NCBI GenBank assembly: GCA_902514875.1
Contig: CABXSY010000003.1
Location: 31,139 to 95,138, forward strand
Direction of reading: 5' to 3'
Origin: an uncultured Alphaproteobacteria bacterium
GTDB lineage: Bacteria; Pseudomonadota; Alphaproteobacteria; HIMB59; GCA-002718135
DNA length: 64,000 nucleotides
A model generated the notes under the pieces. It did not search any database, was not told where the DNA came from, and saw only the letters and a program-made list of their open reading frames with translations. The position numbers and the translations under genes are program-made. This document shows positions 36,637-47,051 of this stretch, one piece after another (position 1 is the stretch's first letter; the number at the start of each line of letters is the position of its first letter).

Positions 36637-37127
36637 TAATTATAACTCCCTTTATGTGCTTCAATAACTTTATTAAGCTCATTGTCTGACAATTCTACAT
36701 CTGTAATTTTCCTAATAGTCAGTTTTGTAATATTAGCTATTTCATTATTGATATTTTTCATTTGATCATCTTTACTTTTTAAAATTTCTTTTTCCGCATC
36801 CGAAACTTTTTTTTCTAGATCCTTATCAAGTGATGAAAGTTGAGAAGAGACATCTTCTTGTAAAGAATTGATTATTTCTTTAATTTTCTCATCCGTTTCT
36901 AGTTTGGCTTTATTAATTTGATTGTTTATTTTTTTTTCAATTTCCATTGCCTGTTCTTGTAGCTCTTTTGCTGAAGATAAACTTTTATCTATCTTATTTT
37001 GCCTTTTTTCTAAAACTATAGCTATTCTTGGAAGAGATACTCTCCATAAAAATACAAAAAGGAAAGTAAAGAATACAGCTAACCAAAAGAGCTGTGAAAC
37101 AAAAAACTCAGGATTTAATTGAGGCAT
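36636..37127 (-). CDS. atpF2: ATP synthase Fo subunit b'
   Basis: MPQL..F.SQLFW motif. Confidence 0.9.
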   Translation of the reverse strand: MPQLNPEFFVSQLFWLAVFFTFLFVFLWRVSLPRIAIVLEKRQNKIDKSLSSAKELQEQAMEIEKKINNQINKAKLETDEKIKEIINSLQEDVSSQLSSLDKDLEKKVSDAEKEILKSKDDQMKNINNEIANITKLTIRKITDVELSDNELNKVIEAHKGSYN

Positions 37128-37144
37128 TAATTAAATATAAAGTG

Positions 37145-37369
37145 TTATCCAAACAGAATAACTAACGCAATAACTAGTGCGAAAAGTGCAATTGCTTCAA
37201 CTAATGCGAAACCTAACATTGTCATTGTAAAAACCTCACCTCTTGCTGCTGGATTTCTTCCAACCGCTTGAATAAATGATGAGAAAATGTTGCCAATTCC
37301 AATACCTGATCCAATAACACCGATAACGGCTAAACCCGCTCCGATTACTTTTGCTGCTTCAATTTCCAT
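37145..37369 (-). CDS. atpE: ATP synthase Fo subunit c
   Basis: GxGxG, RNP loop, catalytic Glu in VEAIALF. Confidence 0.97.
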   Translation of the reverse strand: MEIEAAKVIGAGLAVIGVIGSGIGIGNIFSSFIQAVGRNPAARGEVFTMTMLGFALVEAIALFALVIALVILFG

Positions 37370-37387
37370 AAGTCCTCCTATTTTAAA

Positions 37388-38122
37388 TTAATGTAAATGA
37401 TAAGCATCGTTAATATATAAACACGTCAGTATTGCAAACACATATGCTTGCAAAAAAGCAATTAAAATTTCTAATCCTGTTAAAGCTACAATAAAAGCTA
37501 AAGGAAAAACTCCTGTAAAAAAAGGCATTGAAACAACAAATCCTGCAAATACTTTTAATAGTGTGTGACCTGCTAACATGTTTGCAAATAATCTAACTGA
37601 TAAACTTATAGGCCTCGATAAATAAGAAATTACTTCAATGGGAATTAGAAGTGGGTGCATGTAAAATGGTACACCAGGAATATAAAAGAAACTAAAAAAT
37701 TTAATACCATGATTAATAAATCCAAGAATAGTTACGCCTATAAATACAACCGCTGCTAAAGCAAATGTAACAATTATATGGCTGGTGAAAGTAAACTGGT
37801 ATGGTATCATGCCAACCATATTTCCAATTAATACAAACATGAATAAAGAGAAAACAAATGGAAAATATCTTTTTCCATTATCTCCAACTGTATCAGAGAG
37901 TAGTTGAGCGATAAAATTATACATCAACTCTGATATAAGTTGCATCCTTGAAGGGATAATTGATCTTGTGTTCACTGTTAAAGTTAAGAATAGAGTAATT
38001 ACTAAAACAGTAATCAGCATTGAAAAAGATGAATTAGTAAATGATATATTGTAGCCACCAAGTTCGATACTAGATATTGGATCTATTTCGAATTGTTTAA
38101 GTGGACTATCTTTTGCTGCCAT
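37388..38122 (-). CDS. atpB: ATP synthase Fo subunit a
   Basis: SLSVRLFANMLAGH, LQAYVF. Confidence 0.97.
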   Translation of the reverse strand: MAAKDSPLKQFEIDPISSIELGGYNISFTNSSFSMLITVLVITLFLTLTVNTRSIIPSRMQLISELMYNFIAQLLSDTVGDNGKRYFPFVFSLFMFVLIGNMVGMIPYQFTFTSHIIVTFALAAVVFIGVTILGFINHGIKFFSFFYIPGVPFYMHPLLIPIEVISYLSRPISLSVRLFANMLAGHTLLKVFAGFVVSMPFFTGVFPLAFIVALTGLEILIAFLQAYVFAILTCLYINDAYHLH

Positions 38123-38143
38123 TATAGTTACTGAATATTAAAA

Positions 38144-38431
38144 TTACCTTTGCTTTTCAATGCGACGCATTACACGATAAACGTTCAAAAATCCAGCTAA
38201 TGCGCCAAATATGAAGAAAATAATTAACCCTATTGGTTTAGTATTAAAGTAATTATCCACAATAAGCCCAATTCCAACTCCAACAACTAGTGCTGCGATA
38301 AGTTCGGTACTAATTTTGAAGCCAAATCCAGCACCACTCTCTTTTTTTTTAATATTAGGTTGTTTGTTTTGGTTATCTAAATGATTGATTTTTTTACCTA
38401 ATTCTTCTAGTTTTTTATTTTTATATTTCAT
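38144..38431 (-). CDS. atpI: ATP synthase protein I (AtpZ/AtpI family)
   Basis: Two transmembrane helices, G...D.YF.TKP, AGFLNVYR; first gene of the Fo operon. Confidence 0.88.
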   Translation of the reverse strand: MKYKNKKLEELGKKINHLDNQNKQPNIKKKESGAGFGFKISTELIAALVVGVGIGLIVDNYFNTKPIGLIIFFIFGALAGFLNVYRVMRRIEKQR

Positions 38432-41066
38432 TAGTAGTATCTTGCTCTTTTATCTCGATTGCTTTTTCAAGATCAACAGAAACTAACTGTGATACACCTT
38501 TCTCAGGCATGGTAACACCAAATAATCTATTTACTCTAGCCATTGTCATTCTATGGTGAGTTATAACCAAGAATTTTGTCGAAGAAGTTTTAGCTATTTC
38601 CTCAACTAATGAACAAAATCTATCTACGTTAGTATCATCTAAGGGAGCATCAACCTCATCAAGTACACAAATTGGAGCAGGATTTGATAAGAATACAGCA
38701 AATAATAATGATAAGGCTGTAAGTGCCTGTTCACCACCTGAGAGGAGTGTCAAGTTTTGCAATTTTTTTCCTGGAGGGCTTGCAAATATTTCCAAACCTG
38801 CTTGAAGAGGATCTGATTCATCAGTAAATTTAAGGTAGGCTTTTCCGCCACCAAACAGTCTTACAAATAATTTTTGAAAATTTTCATTTACTATCCCGTA
38901 AGCTGCTAGTAATCTTTGTCTACCTTCTGTATTCAATGAATCAATAGCTTCTCTTAGTTTTGAAATTGCACTCAATAAGTCCCTTTGATCATTTTTAATT
39001 GTATTTACTTTTTCTTCTAGATCTTTTGCTTCCTTTTCAGCAAGTAGATTAACACCTCCTAAACGTTCTTGTTCAGCAATAAGTCTTTCTAATTTTTTTT
39101 CTAGATCCTCAGGTTCACCTAAAATTTTGTTTGGATCAATTTCTCCAACATTATAAAGCTCATCTAGCTCTACACCCAATCTCTCTCTAACTTGCGTAGA
39201 CAGTAATTTAATTGCTTCGTTAATTGTATTAATTTGACCCTCAGTTCTAATTCTTTCTTCTCTTAGTTCATTTAATTTAATTTCTTCTAATTTTAATTTT
39301 TTATTAATCTCATTAGCAGTTTGTTCTGTTTGACGAAGTTGCTCAGCAATTTGCTCATAAGAATTTTTATTTTCATTAATTAAATTTTGTATTTTTAATT
39401 TTTCACTTGATACATCTTCTGGAACAGATTGAAGATTTGATAACTCAATAATTAATGAATTTTCCCTTGAATTTAGTTCTTCTATTCTTTGATTAGCTTT
39501 TTCAAATATATCATTCCATTGTTTTTCTTCAGCGCTTAATTGTTTAATTCTTCTATTTTTAAGCTGGTCTAATATTGCTTTAGTAGAATTATTTTGTTTA
39601 CCTTTAGAAACATATCCATCCCACCTCCAAATTTCTCCTAATTTACTTACTAATATTTGACCTGGTTTTAGCCCTTTTTGAATTTCTAAAACATTTTCTT
39701 TATTTTCAATTAATCCAACAAATTCTAACTTCTTTTTCAGATTATCTGGGGCTTTAATCAAAGATGAAAATTTTGTAATTTTTGAATTAAAGGAAGAGTC
39801 TACCACATCTAATTTTCTCCAAAAAATACTTTGTTCTTGATCGATAGATGCAATTAACTCATCTGAAAAGACTGCAGCAATTGCTTGTTCAAGACCATCT
39901 TCAAAGTCTAGATAATCAATTATTGGATTGTTATTTTTTTTATTAGATACATTTTCATTATTAAGATCCTCATCAGTCTGAATAAAAAGATCACCTTGTT
40001 GTTTTAAAAGTATTGATTTCTCTTCTTGAACTCTTTCAAGATTTTGTTTTGCATCTTCATATAAAAATTTTTCTCTATTTATATCATTTTTAATTTGCTC
40101 TATTCGGACTTTTGTCTCGTCCACTGCAATATTTGCTCTTTCAATTTCTTTTTCTTGATTTTCTAAACTAATAGAATATTTTTGAAGTTCAGCTGCAACC
40201 TTACTTTCTTGAAGCCTAAGGTTTGGAAGACTTTCTTGAACTTTTTCAAGCTCTACATTTATTTGAGCAACAACTTGTGTTTGATCATTTACAACATTTG
40301 TTTCAGATTGAACTTTTATATTAGTGTTTTTTAATTTATCTTTTTCATCAATCCATTTTTTATAAAATAATCTTGCCCTTGCCTTTGTTATATCTTTTTG
40401 AATGTACTTATATCTCTCAGCTTGTTTAGATTGTTTCTTTAATATTGTGAGTTGTTCATCTTGTGCTTTTAATACGTCCTTTACACGCTCTAAATTATTT
40501 TCAGTAGCATTTAATCGCAATTCAGCTTCATGTCGTCTTGAATGAAGGCCAGTAATTCCTGCAGCTTCTTCCAGTAAAGTCCTTCTTTGCTCTGGCTTAG
40601 CCGCTATGATTGCACCAACTCTTCCTTGACTGACCATTGATGTTGAACGAGCTCCTGTTGCTGCATCAGCAAATAGTAATTGTACATCCTTTAATCGCAC
40701 CTCTTTGCCATTCACTCTATATTCCGAGCCCTCACCACGCCAAATTCTTCTAGTAACTTCAATAGTGTCATTTTCATTGAAAATACTTGGTGCTTTTCTT
40801 GCTTTATTATCTAAATCTATGGTAACTTCAGCAATATCCCATGCTGGTCTATCATCTGTCCCATTAAAGATAACATCGTCTAATTCGCTTCCTCGCATTT
40901 GTTTAGGAGAAAGTTCGCCCATAACAAACCTAAAAGCCTCTACAAGGTTAGATTTACCACATCCATTAGGACCAACAATACCTGTCAAACCATTTTCAAT
41001 CAAAATTTCTGTTGGTTCAACAAAAGACTTAAAGCCTTTGACTTTAAGGGTCCTAAAATTAATCAT
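38421..41066 (-). CDS. smc: Chromosome segregation protein SMC (short-arm form, 881 aa)
   Basis: GFKSF, GPNGCGKSN, SQG Q-loop, hinge GEIWRWDG, LSGGE, LDEVDAPLD, ITH. Confidence 0.92.
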   Translation of the reverse strand: MINFRTLKVKGFKSFVEPTEILIENGLTGIVGPNGCGKSNLVEAFRFVMGELSPKQMRGSELDDVIFNGTDDRPAWDIAEVTIDLDNKARKAPSIFNENDTIEVTRRIWRGEGSEYRVNGKEVRLKDVQLLFADAATGARSTSMVSQGRVGAIIAAKPEQRRTLLEEAAGITGLHSRRHEAELRLNATENNLERVKDVLKAQDEQLTILKKQSKQAERYKYIQKDITKARARLFYKKWIDEKDKLKNTNIKVQSETNVVNDQTQVVAQINVELEKVQESLPNLRLQESKVAAELQKYSISLENQEKEIERANIAVDETKVRIEQIKNDINREKFLYEDAKQNLERVQEEKSILLKQQGDLFIQTDEDLNNENVSNKKNNNPIIDYLDFEDGLEQAIAAVFSDELIASIDQEQSIFWRKLDVVDSSFNSKITKFSSLIKAPDNLKKKLEFVGLIENKENVLEIQKGLKPGQILVSKLGEIWRWDGYVSKGKQNNSTKAILDQLKNRRIKQLSAEEKQWNDIFEKANQRIEELNSRENSLIIELSNLQSVPEDVSSEKLKIQNLINENKNSYEQIAEQLRQTEQTANEINKKLKLEEIKLNELREERIRTEGQINTINEAIKLLSTQVRERLGVELDELYNVGEIDPNKILGEPEDLEKKLERLIAEQERLGGVNLLAEKEAKDLEEKVNTIKNDQRDLLSAISKLREAIDSLNTEGRQRLLAAYGIVNENFQKLFVRLFGGGKAYLKFTDESDPLQAGLEIFASPPGKKLQNLTLLSGGEQALTALSLLFAVFLSNPAPICVLDEVDAPLDDTNVDRFCSLVEEIAKTSSTKFLVITHHRMTMARVNRLFGVTMPEKGVSQLVSVDLEKAIEIKEQDTTNEI

Positions 41067-41069
41067 CTA

Positions 41070-41681
41070 TTATTGTGATAATATTTTATCGATGATTTGT
41101 CTAAACTCTTTTATGTTTTTATTCCCGGAATATAGAACTCCATTAACAATGAATGACGGTGTGGAACCAATCTTATATTCTCTTTGTGCTTCCATTACAC
41201 CCTCAAGTAATTGATTCTCTAAATCTACATTACCTAAACATTCATCAAAATCACTTTGTTGCATACCGCCACTTTGCATAATTTTGTATAACTCAGATCT
41301 TGTTTTAGAATGATCTCTGTTAACCCAGTTATTTTGCAGTTTATAAAGACCATTCATATAATCATATCTTACATCTTCCGGGACACACCTTAAAATCATA
41401 CTTCCAGCAAGGGCAGGATAATTGAAGGGAAAATCACGAAAAATAAACTTAACTTTACCAGTATCAATGAACTCTTTTTTTAACTCTGCTAGAGTATCAT
41501 TATGAAAATCAGCACAGTGACTACAAGACATAGAAGCATATTCTATAATTGTGATTGGAGCATTTTCTTCCCCAATATAAAAATCATTATCTTTAACATC
41601 CAGTATTGAGTTTTCTGCTGCTTTGGCATTAATAAAAAGTAGTGATAGTATAATAGATATAAATAAAATTTTGATTTTCAT
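41070..41681 (-). CDS. DsbA family protein
   Basis: EYASMSCSHCADFH, FRDFP, STPSF. Confidence 0.92.
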   Translation of the reverse strand: MKIKILFISIILSLLFINAKAAENSILDVKDNDFYIGEENAPITIIEYASMSCSHCADFHNDTLAELKKEFIDTGKVKFIFRDFPFNYPALAGSMILRCVPEDVRYDYMNGLYKLQNNWVNRDHSKTRSELYKIMQSGGMQQSDFDECLGNVDLENQLLEGVMEAQREYKIGSTPSFIVNGVLYSGNKNIKEFRQIIDKILSQ

Positions 41682-42196
41682 TATTTGTCCTCAGTTGTAA
41701 TTTTATTACCTAAATTTAATAGTGATTTCTTCAAATCAGAATTTTGAAATTCTTTAATGTTTTGCTTAACAAATTCTATGTCTTCTTTATCTATTTGTTT
41801 TTTCTTAATTTGTTTCATATGAGTATTTTTAGGTATGTAATTTTGTTGAATTCTCAAGTCAATTATAGCTTTATAGCCAAAATAAGTATTAATTTTTTCA
41901 ATAATAGTGTCTTTAAAGTGTTGAAATTCAATGGCTGCTGCTGGAGCAACACTTATATTTAGATAATTTTTATATACTGTCTCACCTAAATCATTTTCGA
42001 AATCACGCACCCTTGAAACATTTAACGGCTCTGAGTATTCTTTAAAATAACTACCAGCAATTTCCGGCCATTTAGAGTTAATTATAAATTCTGTTCGATT
42101 ATAATTAGAGGAAAATTTTCTATTAACCTTCCTAAGAGTATCGCCAATAGATTGTGGAACAAATGTTCTTTTTTGCTTTATATTTTTTTTGTCCAT
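41681..42196 (-). CDS. DUF721/DciA family protein
   Basis: KWPEIAG, EFQH...IIEKINTYFGY; conserved mutY/DUF721/dsbA/smc synteny; ATG 42196 avoids overlap with mutY. Confidence 0.8.
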   Translation of the reverse strand: MDKKNIKQKRTFVPQSIGDTLRKVNRKFSSNYNRTEFIINSKWPEIAGSYFKEYSEPLNVSRVRDFENDLGETVYKNYLNISVAPAAAIEFQHFKDTIIEKINTYFGYKAIIDLRIQQNYIPKNTHMKQIKKKQIDKEDIEFVKQNIKEFQNSDLKKSLLNLGNKITTEDK

Positions 42197-42235
42197 ATGC
42201 ATAAATAATTTATAGTACCTAAATATGAAAGCAAT

Positions 42236-43285
42236 ATGTTTAAACACGAAACACAAGTAATAAAGTTTTTGCTTCAATGGTACTCCGTGAATGCCAGAAA
42301 TTTACCGTGGCGGAAGAAAAATAATCTAAATTTACCTGATCCATACTTTGTGTTTGTAAGTGAATATATGCTCCAACAAACAACAGTAAATACCGTAAAA
42401 AATAAATTTAATGATTTTATTTTAAAATGGCCTTCACTAAATAAATTAGCGCAAACTTCAGAGCCAAACATTTTAAAGTTCTGGTCAGGCCTTGGTTATT
42501 ATTCAAGAGCAAGAAATTTATTAAAGTCTGCAAAAATAATTCATAAAAATTTTAAAAATAACATACCAAAAACTTATGACGAACTCATCCAACTTCCTGG
42601 TATTGGAGATTACACAGCAAAAGCAATTCTTGGAATAGGATTTAATCAATCAGTTATGCCACTTGATGCTAATATTGAGAGAATTTTGGTTAGGTTATAT
42701 GCTATCGATAAACCAATTAATAAAGTCAAAAATAAACTTAAAGATTTGGGAAATAAATTCATCTCAGATAAATACTCTTCAAATTTAATTCAGTCTTTTA
42801 TGGATTACGGATCAGAGATCTGTCTTCCAAGAAAACCTAAATGTAATATTTGTGGAATTAATAAATTTTGCCAATCATATAAAAAAAATTTACAGCAAAA
42901 AATTCCTTTTAAACTAAAAAAGAAAACTACAAAGCCTATAAAATATACAAGAGCGTATGTAATTGTGAATGAAAAGAATGAAATCCTTGTGCGAAGTAGG
43001 CCAAATAAAGGAATGTTGGCCTCTATGCTTGAAGTACCAAATGATGTCTGGGTTAAAAATAAGAAATTATTAACCACTGATCAAGATATACAAAAAATAA
43101 AAACAAAATTACATTCTAAAGGCTCATTTGAATATTCATTTAGTCATTTTGATTTAGAAACAGAAATTTTTTATGGCAATGTTAAAAAAGCAAAACTATC
43201 AAAAAGTAATTGGATAAAGAAATCTTCTTATTCTAGCTCTAGAATGCCAACTGTGATGAAAAAAATAGTAGATATAGCAGTATAA
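42236..43285 (+). CDS. mutY: A/G-specific adenine DNA glycosylase
   Basis: RNLPWR, SEYMLQQT, GLGYYSRARNL, LPGIGDYTA, CLPRKPKCNIC..C Fe-S motif. Confidence 0.95.
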   Translation: MFKHETQVIKFLLQWYSVNARNLPWRKKNNLNLPDPYFVFVSEYMLQQTTVNTVKNKFNDFILKWPSLNKLAQTSEPNILKFWSGLGYYSRARNLLKSAKIIHKNFKNNIPKTYDELIQLPGIGDYTAKAILGIGFNQSVMPLDANIERILVRLYAIDKPINKVKNKLKDLGNKFISDKYSSNLIQSFMDYGSEICLPRKPKCNICGINKFCQSYKKNLQQKIPFKLKKKTTKPIKYTRAYVIVNEKNEILVRSRPNKGMLASMLEVPNDVWVKNKKLLTTDQDIQKIKTKLHSKGSFEYSFSHFDLETEIFYGNVKKAKLSKSNWIKKSSYSSSRMPTVMKKIVDIAV

Positions 43286-43286
43286 T

Positions 43287-44051
43287 TTATGCAAAGAATT
43301 TTTTTGCGTTCATAAAAATTTTATATCCATCCGCAAATTTTTTTAAGGTTTTACTCTGCCAATTGGGAATATGATAATGATAAAATGCTCTTTCAGGATG
43401 AGGCATCATTGCAAGAACATTCCCATTTTGATTAGTTAGTGCAGCGATATCATCTTTAGATCCATTCGGATTAAAAGGAAATTGACCTTTTGCTAATTTT
43501 TTATGATGATTAATGTATTGCAAACCAATAAGGTTATTAGCTTTGATACTTTTTAGTAGATTAATAGGTATCATAAATTGCCCTTCTTGATGGGCAACAG
43601 GTAAGTTCAGCGTACTAATATTTTTTAGCCATGGTGATTTATTATTACTTACTTTTATATCAACCCATCGACACTCATAACTACCAGATTTATTTTCAAT
43701 CAATGCTACTTCTGGATCTTTTTTATTTAGGCTTGGAACTAATCCAAGATTAATTAATATTTGGCATCCATTACAAATACCTATGATTAATTTATCTTTT
43801 AATGAAAAATCTGTTAGTTGATCATACAAGTTGGTCATAATTTTTTTCGCCATTGCATTTCCTGAACCTGTATCATCACCATAAGAAAAACCACCAGGTA
43901 TAGCGAATACTTGATAGTTATTTAGTTGTTTAGGATTTTGAATCAGATCATTAATATGAATAATTTTTCCTTTAAATCCTACTACTTCAAATGCATGTAG
44001 TGTTTCATTTTCACAATTAATACCATAACCTGACAAGACTAATACGTTCAT
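43287..44051 (-). CDS. purQ: FGAM synthase glutaminase subunit
   Basis: GINCE, PGGFSYGD, GICNG, MPHPER. Confidence 0.95.
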   Translation of the reverse strand: MNVLVLSGYGINCENETLHAFEVVGFKGKIIHINDLIQNPKQLNNYQVFAIPGGFSYGDDTGSGNAMAKKIMTNLYDQLTDFSLKDKLIIGICNGCQILINLGLVPSLNKKDPEVALIENKSGSYECRWVDIKVSNNKSPWLKNISTLNLPVAHQEGQFMIPINLLKSIKANNLIGLQYINHHKKLAKGQFPFNPNGSKDDIAALTNQNGNVLAMMPHPERAFYHYHIPNWQSKTLKKFADGYKIFMNAKKFFA

Positions 44052-46978
44052 AGCCCTTTAATTTTTTGTTTGTATGACTTAGCAAAATCTGAAATTTTAC
44101 CCCTCATAATTTTTTTGTTATCTTTAAACTCAATTATATCTGAGCCCGTACATTTACCAATAATTGTATAATCAGAAGCTTTAAATATTTTTTTAAAATT
44201 GGCTAACTTATTTTTTTTCAAAGAAACAAGAATTCTGCTTTGTGTTTCAGAAAATAAAAATTGGTCAACTGAGATTTTATTTTTAAGTTTTAAATCAATG
44301 GTAAAACCTTTCTTTGAAGCAATTGCCATCTTTGTAACTGCAATTCCAATTCCACCCAAATCTATTCCAATTGCAGAATTTATAATTCCGAGTTTATTAG
44401 CTTTTTCAAAATTTCTATATGTGCGAAGTGCATTCTTGCTATTTACATCTGGATTTTTTGATTTTTCATAACCTATAATTTTGGAATAAACACTATCCTG
44501 TAATTCATTACGGGTAGCTCCTAAAACTAAAAGTATATCACCATCATCTGGTATTATTTTAGTTAAGTGTGAAATTTTATTTACCACTCCAATAGAAGAA
44601 ATAAGCAATGTTGGAGGTATTGAAATTTTTACTGATTTTCCAGTTTTATCAAAACCTTTAAAATCATTAAACATACTATCTTTTCCTGAAATAAAAGGTG
44701 TTTGGTAAGCAACTGCATAATCATAACAAGCTTTTGCTGCTTCTTTCAATTGATATAAGCGATCAGGTTCATCCGAGCTGCACCAACAAAAGTTATCAAG
44801 AATTGCAATTTTTTTTGAGTTGGCACCACTTACAATTAAATTTTTATATGCTGTATCAATAGAGCACCCAGCCATATCATAAGGATTTGTTTCGGCGTAC
44901 TGAGGATATGCAGCTTGAGAAAGAGCTATTGATTTTTCATCATCAAATAGAGGTTTAATAGCAGTAGCATTTCCAAAAACTCTGCCTTCGCCTTGTAATG
45001 GTTTTATAATGGAGGTTGCTTGTACTTCGTGATCATATTGCGTGGCTATAAATTCTTTTGATACAATATTTGGACTAGAGAGGAGTTTATGTAATTTATC
45101 TATTAAGGAACTTTTTTTAATTATTTTTTTCTTTTCTTTTTTAATTTTTGGAAAAGATGTTTTTAAATTTAATTTAGGATAACCTTCATGAAGAAATTCC
45201 ATATCTAAATTGAGAATTTCAGTTTTATTGTATTTTACTATGGCTTTTTCTTTTTTAATAAACTTACCAATTATTGTTGCTTCCACACCTCTTGCATTAA
45301 ATCTCTTAATAACTTTTTTTACATTCTTTGGAGGTACTGCTAGTGTCATTCTTTCTTGTGATTCAGAAACCCAAATCTCCCAAGGATATAAACCATTATA
45401 TTTGAGAGGAATTTTTTCAAGATTAACTATAAAACCACCGCTCTCTTTTGCCATTTCTCCAATTGATGATGATAATCCTCCCGCCCCATTATCTGTTATG
45501 CTTGAGTAAAGATTTTCATCACGCAATTCTCTAATGATGACATCAGACATTTTCTTTTGTGTTATTGGATCACCAATTTGTACGGCAGAAACCGGACTAT
45601 TAGGATCTAACTCTTCCGATGAAAATGTTGCACCGTGAATACCATCTTTTCCCACTCTGCCTCCAGCCATTAGTATAATATCTCCTGGATTAGCTTTCTT
45701 CTTATGTGATAATTTTCCTTTTATTTTTTTTGGAATAATCCCAACTGTGCCACAAAACACAAGAGGCTTTCCAGCAAACCGATCATCAAAATACACATTA
45801 CCTTGAGGGGTAGGGATACCTGAACAATTTCCTCCAACTCTAACACCACTGATAATACCTTTAGCAATAAAATTTGCTGGAAGCATTGGATCCTTACTAT
45901 TTTTTTGACGATACAATTGATAATTTTTATTTGGGTCTGCTAAATAATATGCATACGTATTAGCTATAGGTTTTGCTCCTTTTCCAAATCCAAGACAATC
46001 CCTATTAACACCAACAATTCCTGTGATTGCACCACCAAATGGATCTAAGGCTGAAGGCGTATTATGTGTTTCAACTTTATGACAAATAATCCAATCTTTA
46101 TTAAATTCTATTCCGCCGGCATTATCCGTAAAAAGAGAAACACAAAAATTATCTTTTCTTAATTGAATAATTTTTTCAGTTGCGCCTTTAATGTATTTTT
46201 TAAATATACCTTCATGAATATCGTCAATCTTAGCTGAAAATATTTTGTGTTTACAATGTTCGGACCACGTCTGTGCTAATGTTTCAATTTCTACATCTGT
46301 TGGTTTACGTTTTATAGTGAAAAAATAATTTCTTATGGCTTTTAAAGATTCTAGATCTAAGCCAAGTGTTCCCCTTCTAGATTTATCATTTTCTTCAATA
46401 CCAAGTTTACCAATAAGACTGAGTTGATGATCAGAAATATTTAAATTAATTTCTTTTTTACTATATTTTTTTTTCGGTAATTTTACCTTTTCTATTTTAA
46501 ATTGATTTTTTTTAAAATTATTTAAATATTTTTTAAATGGATAAATCTTAATTGTTTGAATTAAGGGATTTGCTTCATTTTTAGATATTTTGGTAATATC
46601 TTCTTTTCTTCCTTTTATTAAAATAATTTTTGTTGAACCAAGTTCAAAGCTTTTAAAACTACTTTTAAGATTATCTTTGATTATTTCTTTTACAGTTGTA
46701 GCAATATTATCAGTTACACCTGGTAAAAATTTTATTTCTACAACCCAGTTAAAATTACTATAACTAGATAAAACCTTATTTACATTTTTTTTTGTTAATA
46801 TTGTTTGAGAAACGTCATTAGAAATTAGTTTGCTTATTTTAGTAAACTTTTGATCATCAAGATTTCTCGAAAAGAAATATCCATTAATAATCTTAATAGA
46901 TTTATTATTATGTTCTTTTTGTAGTGAACTTTCTTTCCCTGTCTTCTCAATGGAGAGAATTTGAATTGTATTTGTCAT
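44048..46978 (-). CDS. purL: FGAM synthase synthetase subunit with N-terminal PurS-like extension
   Basis: QTWSEHCKH, KVETHNTPS, DNGAGGL, SESQERM, QYDHEVQ, FISGKDS; about 200 aa extra N-terminus. Confidence 0.93.
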   Translation of the reverse strand: MTNTIQILSIEKTGKESSLQKEHNNKSIKIINGYFFSRNLDDQKFTKISKLISNDVSQTILTKKNVNKVLSSYSNFNWVVEIKFLPGVTDNIATTVKEIIKDNLKSSFKSFELGSTKIILIKGRKEDITKISKNEANPLIQTIKIYPFKKYLNNFKKNQFKIEKVKLPKKKYSKKEINLNISDHQLSLIGKLGIEENDKSRRGTLGLDLESLKAIRNYFFTIKRKPTDVEIETLAQTWSEHCKHKIFSAKIDDIHEGIFKKYIKGATEKIIQLRKDNFCVSLFTDNAGGIEFNKDWIICHKVETHNTPSALDPFGGAITGIVGVNRDCLGFGKGAKPIANTYAYYLADPNKNYQLYRQKNSKDPMLPANFIAKGIISGVRVGGNCSGIPTPQGNVYFDDRFAGKPLVFCGTVGIIPKKIKGKLSHKKKANPGDIILMAGGRVGKDGIHGATFSSEELDPNSPVSAVQIGDPITQKKMSDVIIRELRDENLYSSITDNGAGGLSSSIGEMAKESGGFIVNLEKIPLKYNGLYPWEIWVSESQERMTLAVPPKNVKKVIKRFNARGVEATIIGKFIKKEKAIVKYNKTEILNLDMEFLHEGYPKLNLKTSFPKIKKEKKKIIKKSSLIDKLHKLLSSPNIVSKEFIATQYDHEVQATSIIKPLQGEGRVFGNATAIKPLFDDEKSIALSQAAYPQYAETNPYDMAGCSIDTAYKNLIVSGANSKKIAILDNFCWCSSDEPDRLYQLKEAAKACYDYAVAYQTPFISGKDSMFNDFKGFDKTGKSVKISIPPTLLISSIGVVNKISHLTKIIPDDGDILLVLGATRNELQDSVYSKIIGYEKSKNPDVNSKNALRTYRNFEKANKLGIINSAIGIDLGGIGIAVTKMAIASKKGFTIDLKLKNKISVDQFLFSETQSRILVSLKKNKLANFKKIFKASDYTIIGKCTGSDIIEFKDNKKIMRGKISDFAKSYKQKIKGL

Positions 46979-47051
46979 TATGAGTACGAATCAACTTAAT
47001 TTACTATATTAATAGTTTACTCGTTAACGATTCGTTTAAAACTAATTAAAT

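Noticed and set aside
40705-41214. 169-aa plus-strand ORF and similar antisense ORFs (e.g. 19085-19405, 20529-20864, 51851-52285, 63493-63771)
   Set aside because: Antisense shadows of conserved genes with no independent coding signal
42197-42277. N-terminal extension of the DUF721 ORF overlapping mutY
   Set aside because: It overlaps the divergent mutY start; ATG 42196 gives a normal-length protein
46979-47051. Purine riboswitch or structured leader between divergent purL and purM
   Set aside because: Only 73 bp; short inverted repeats (ACGAATC/GATTCGT, TCGTTAACGA) but no recognisable aptamer consensus
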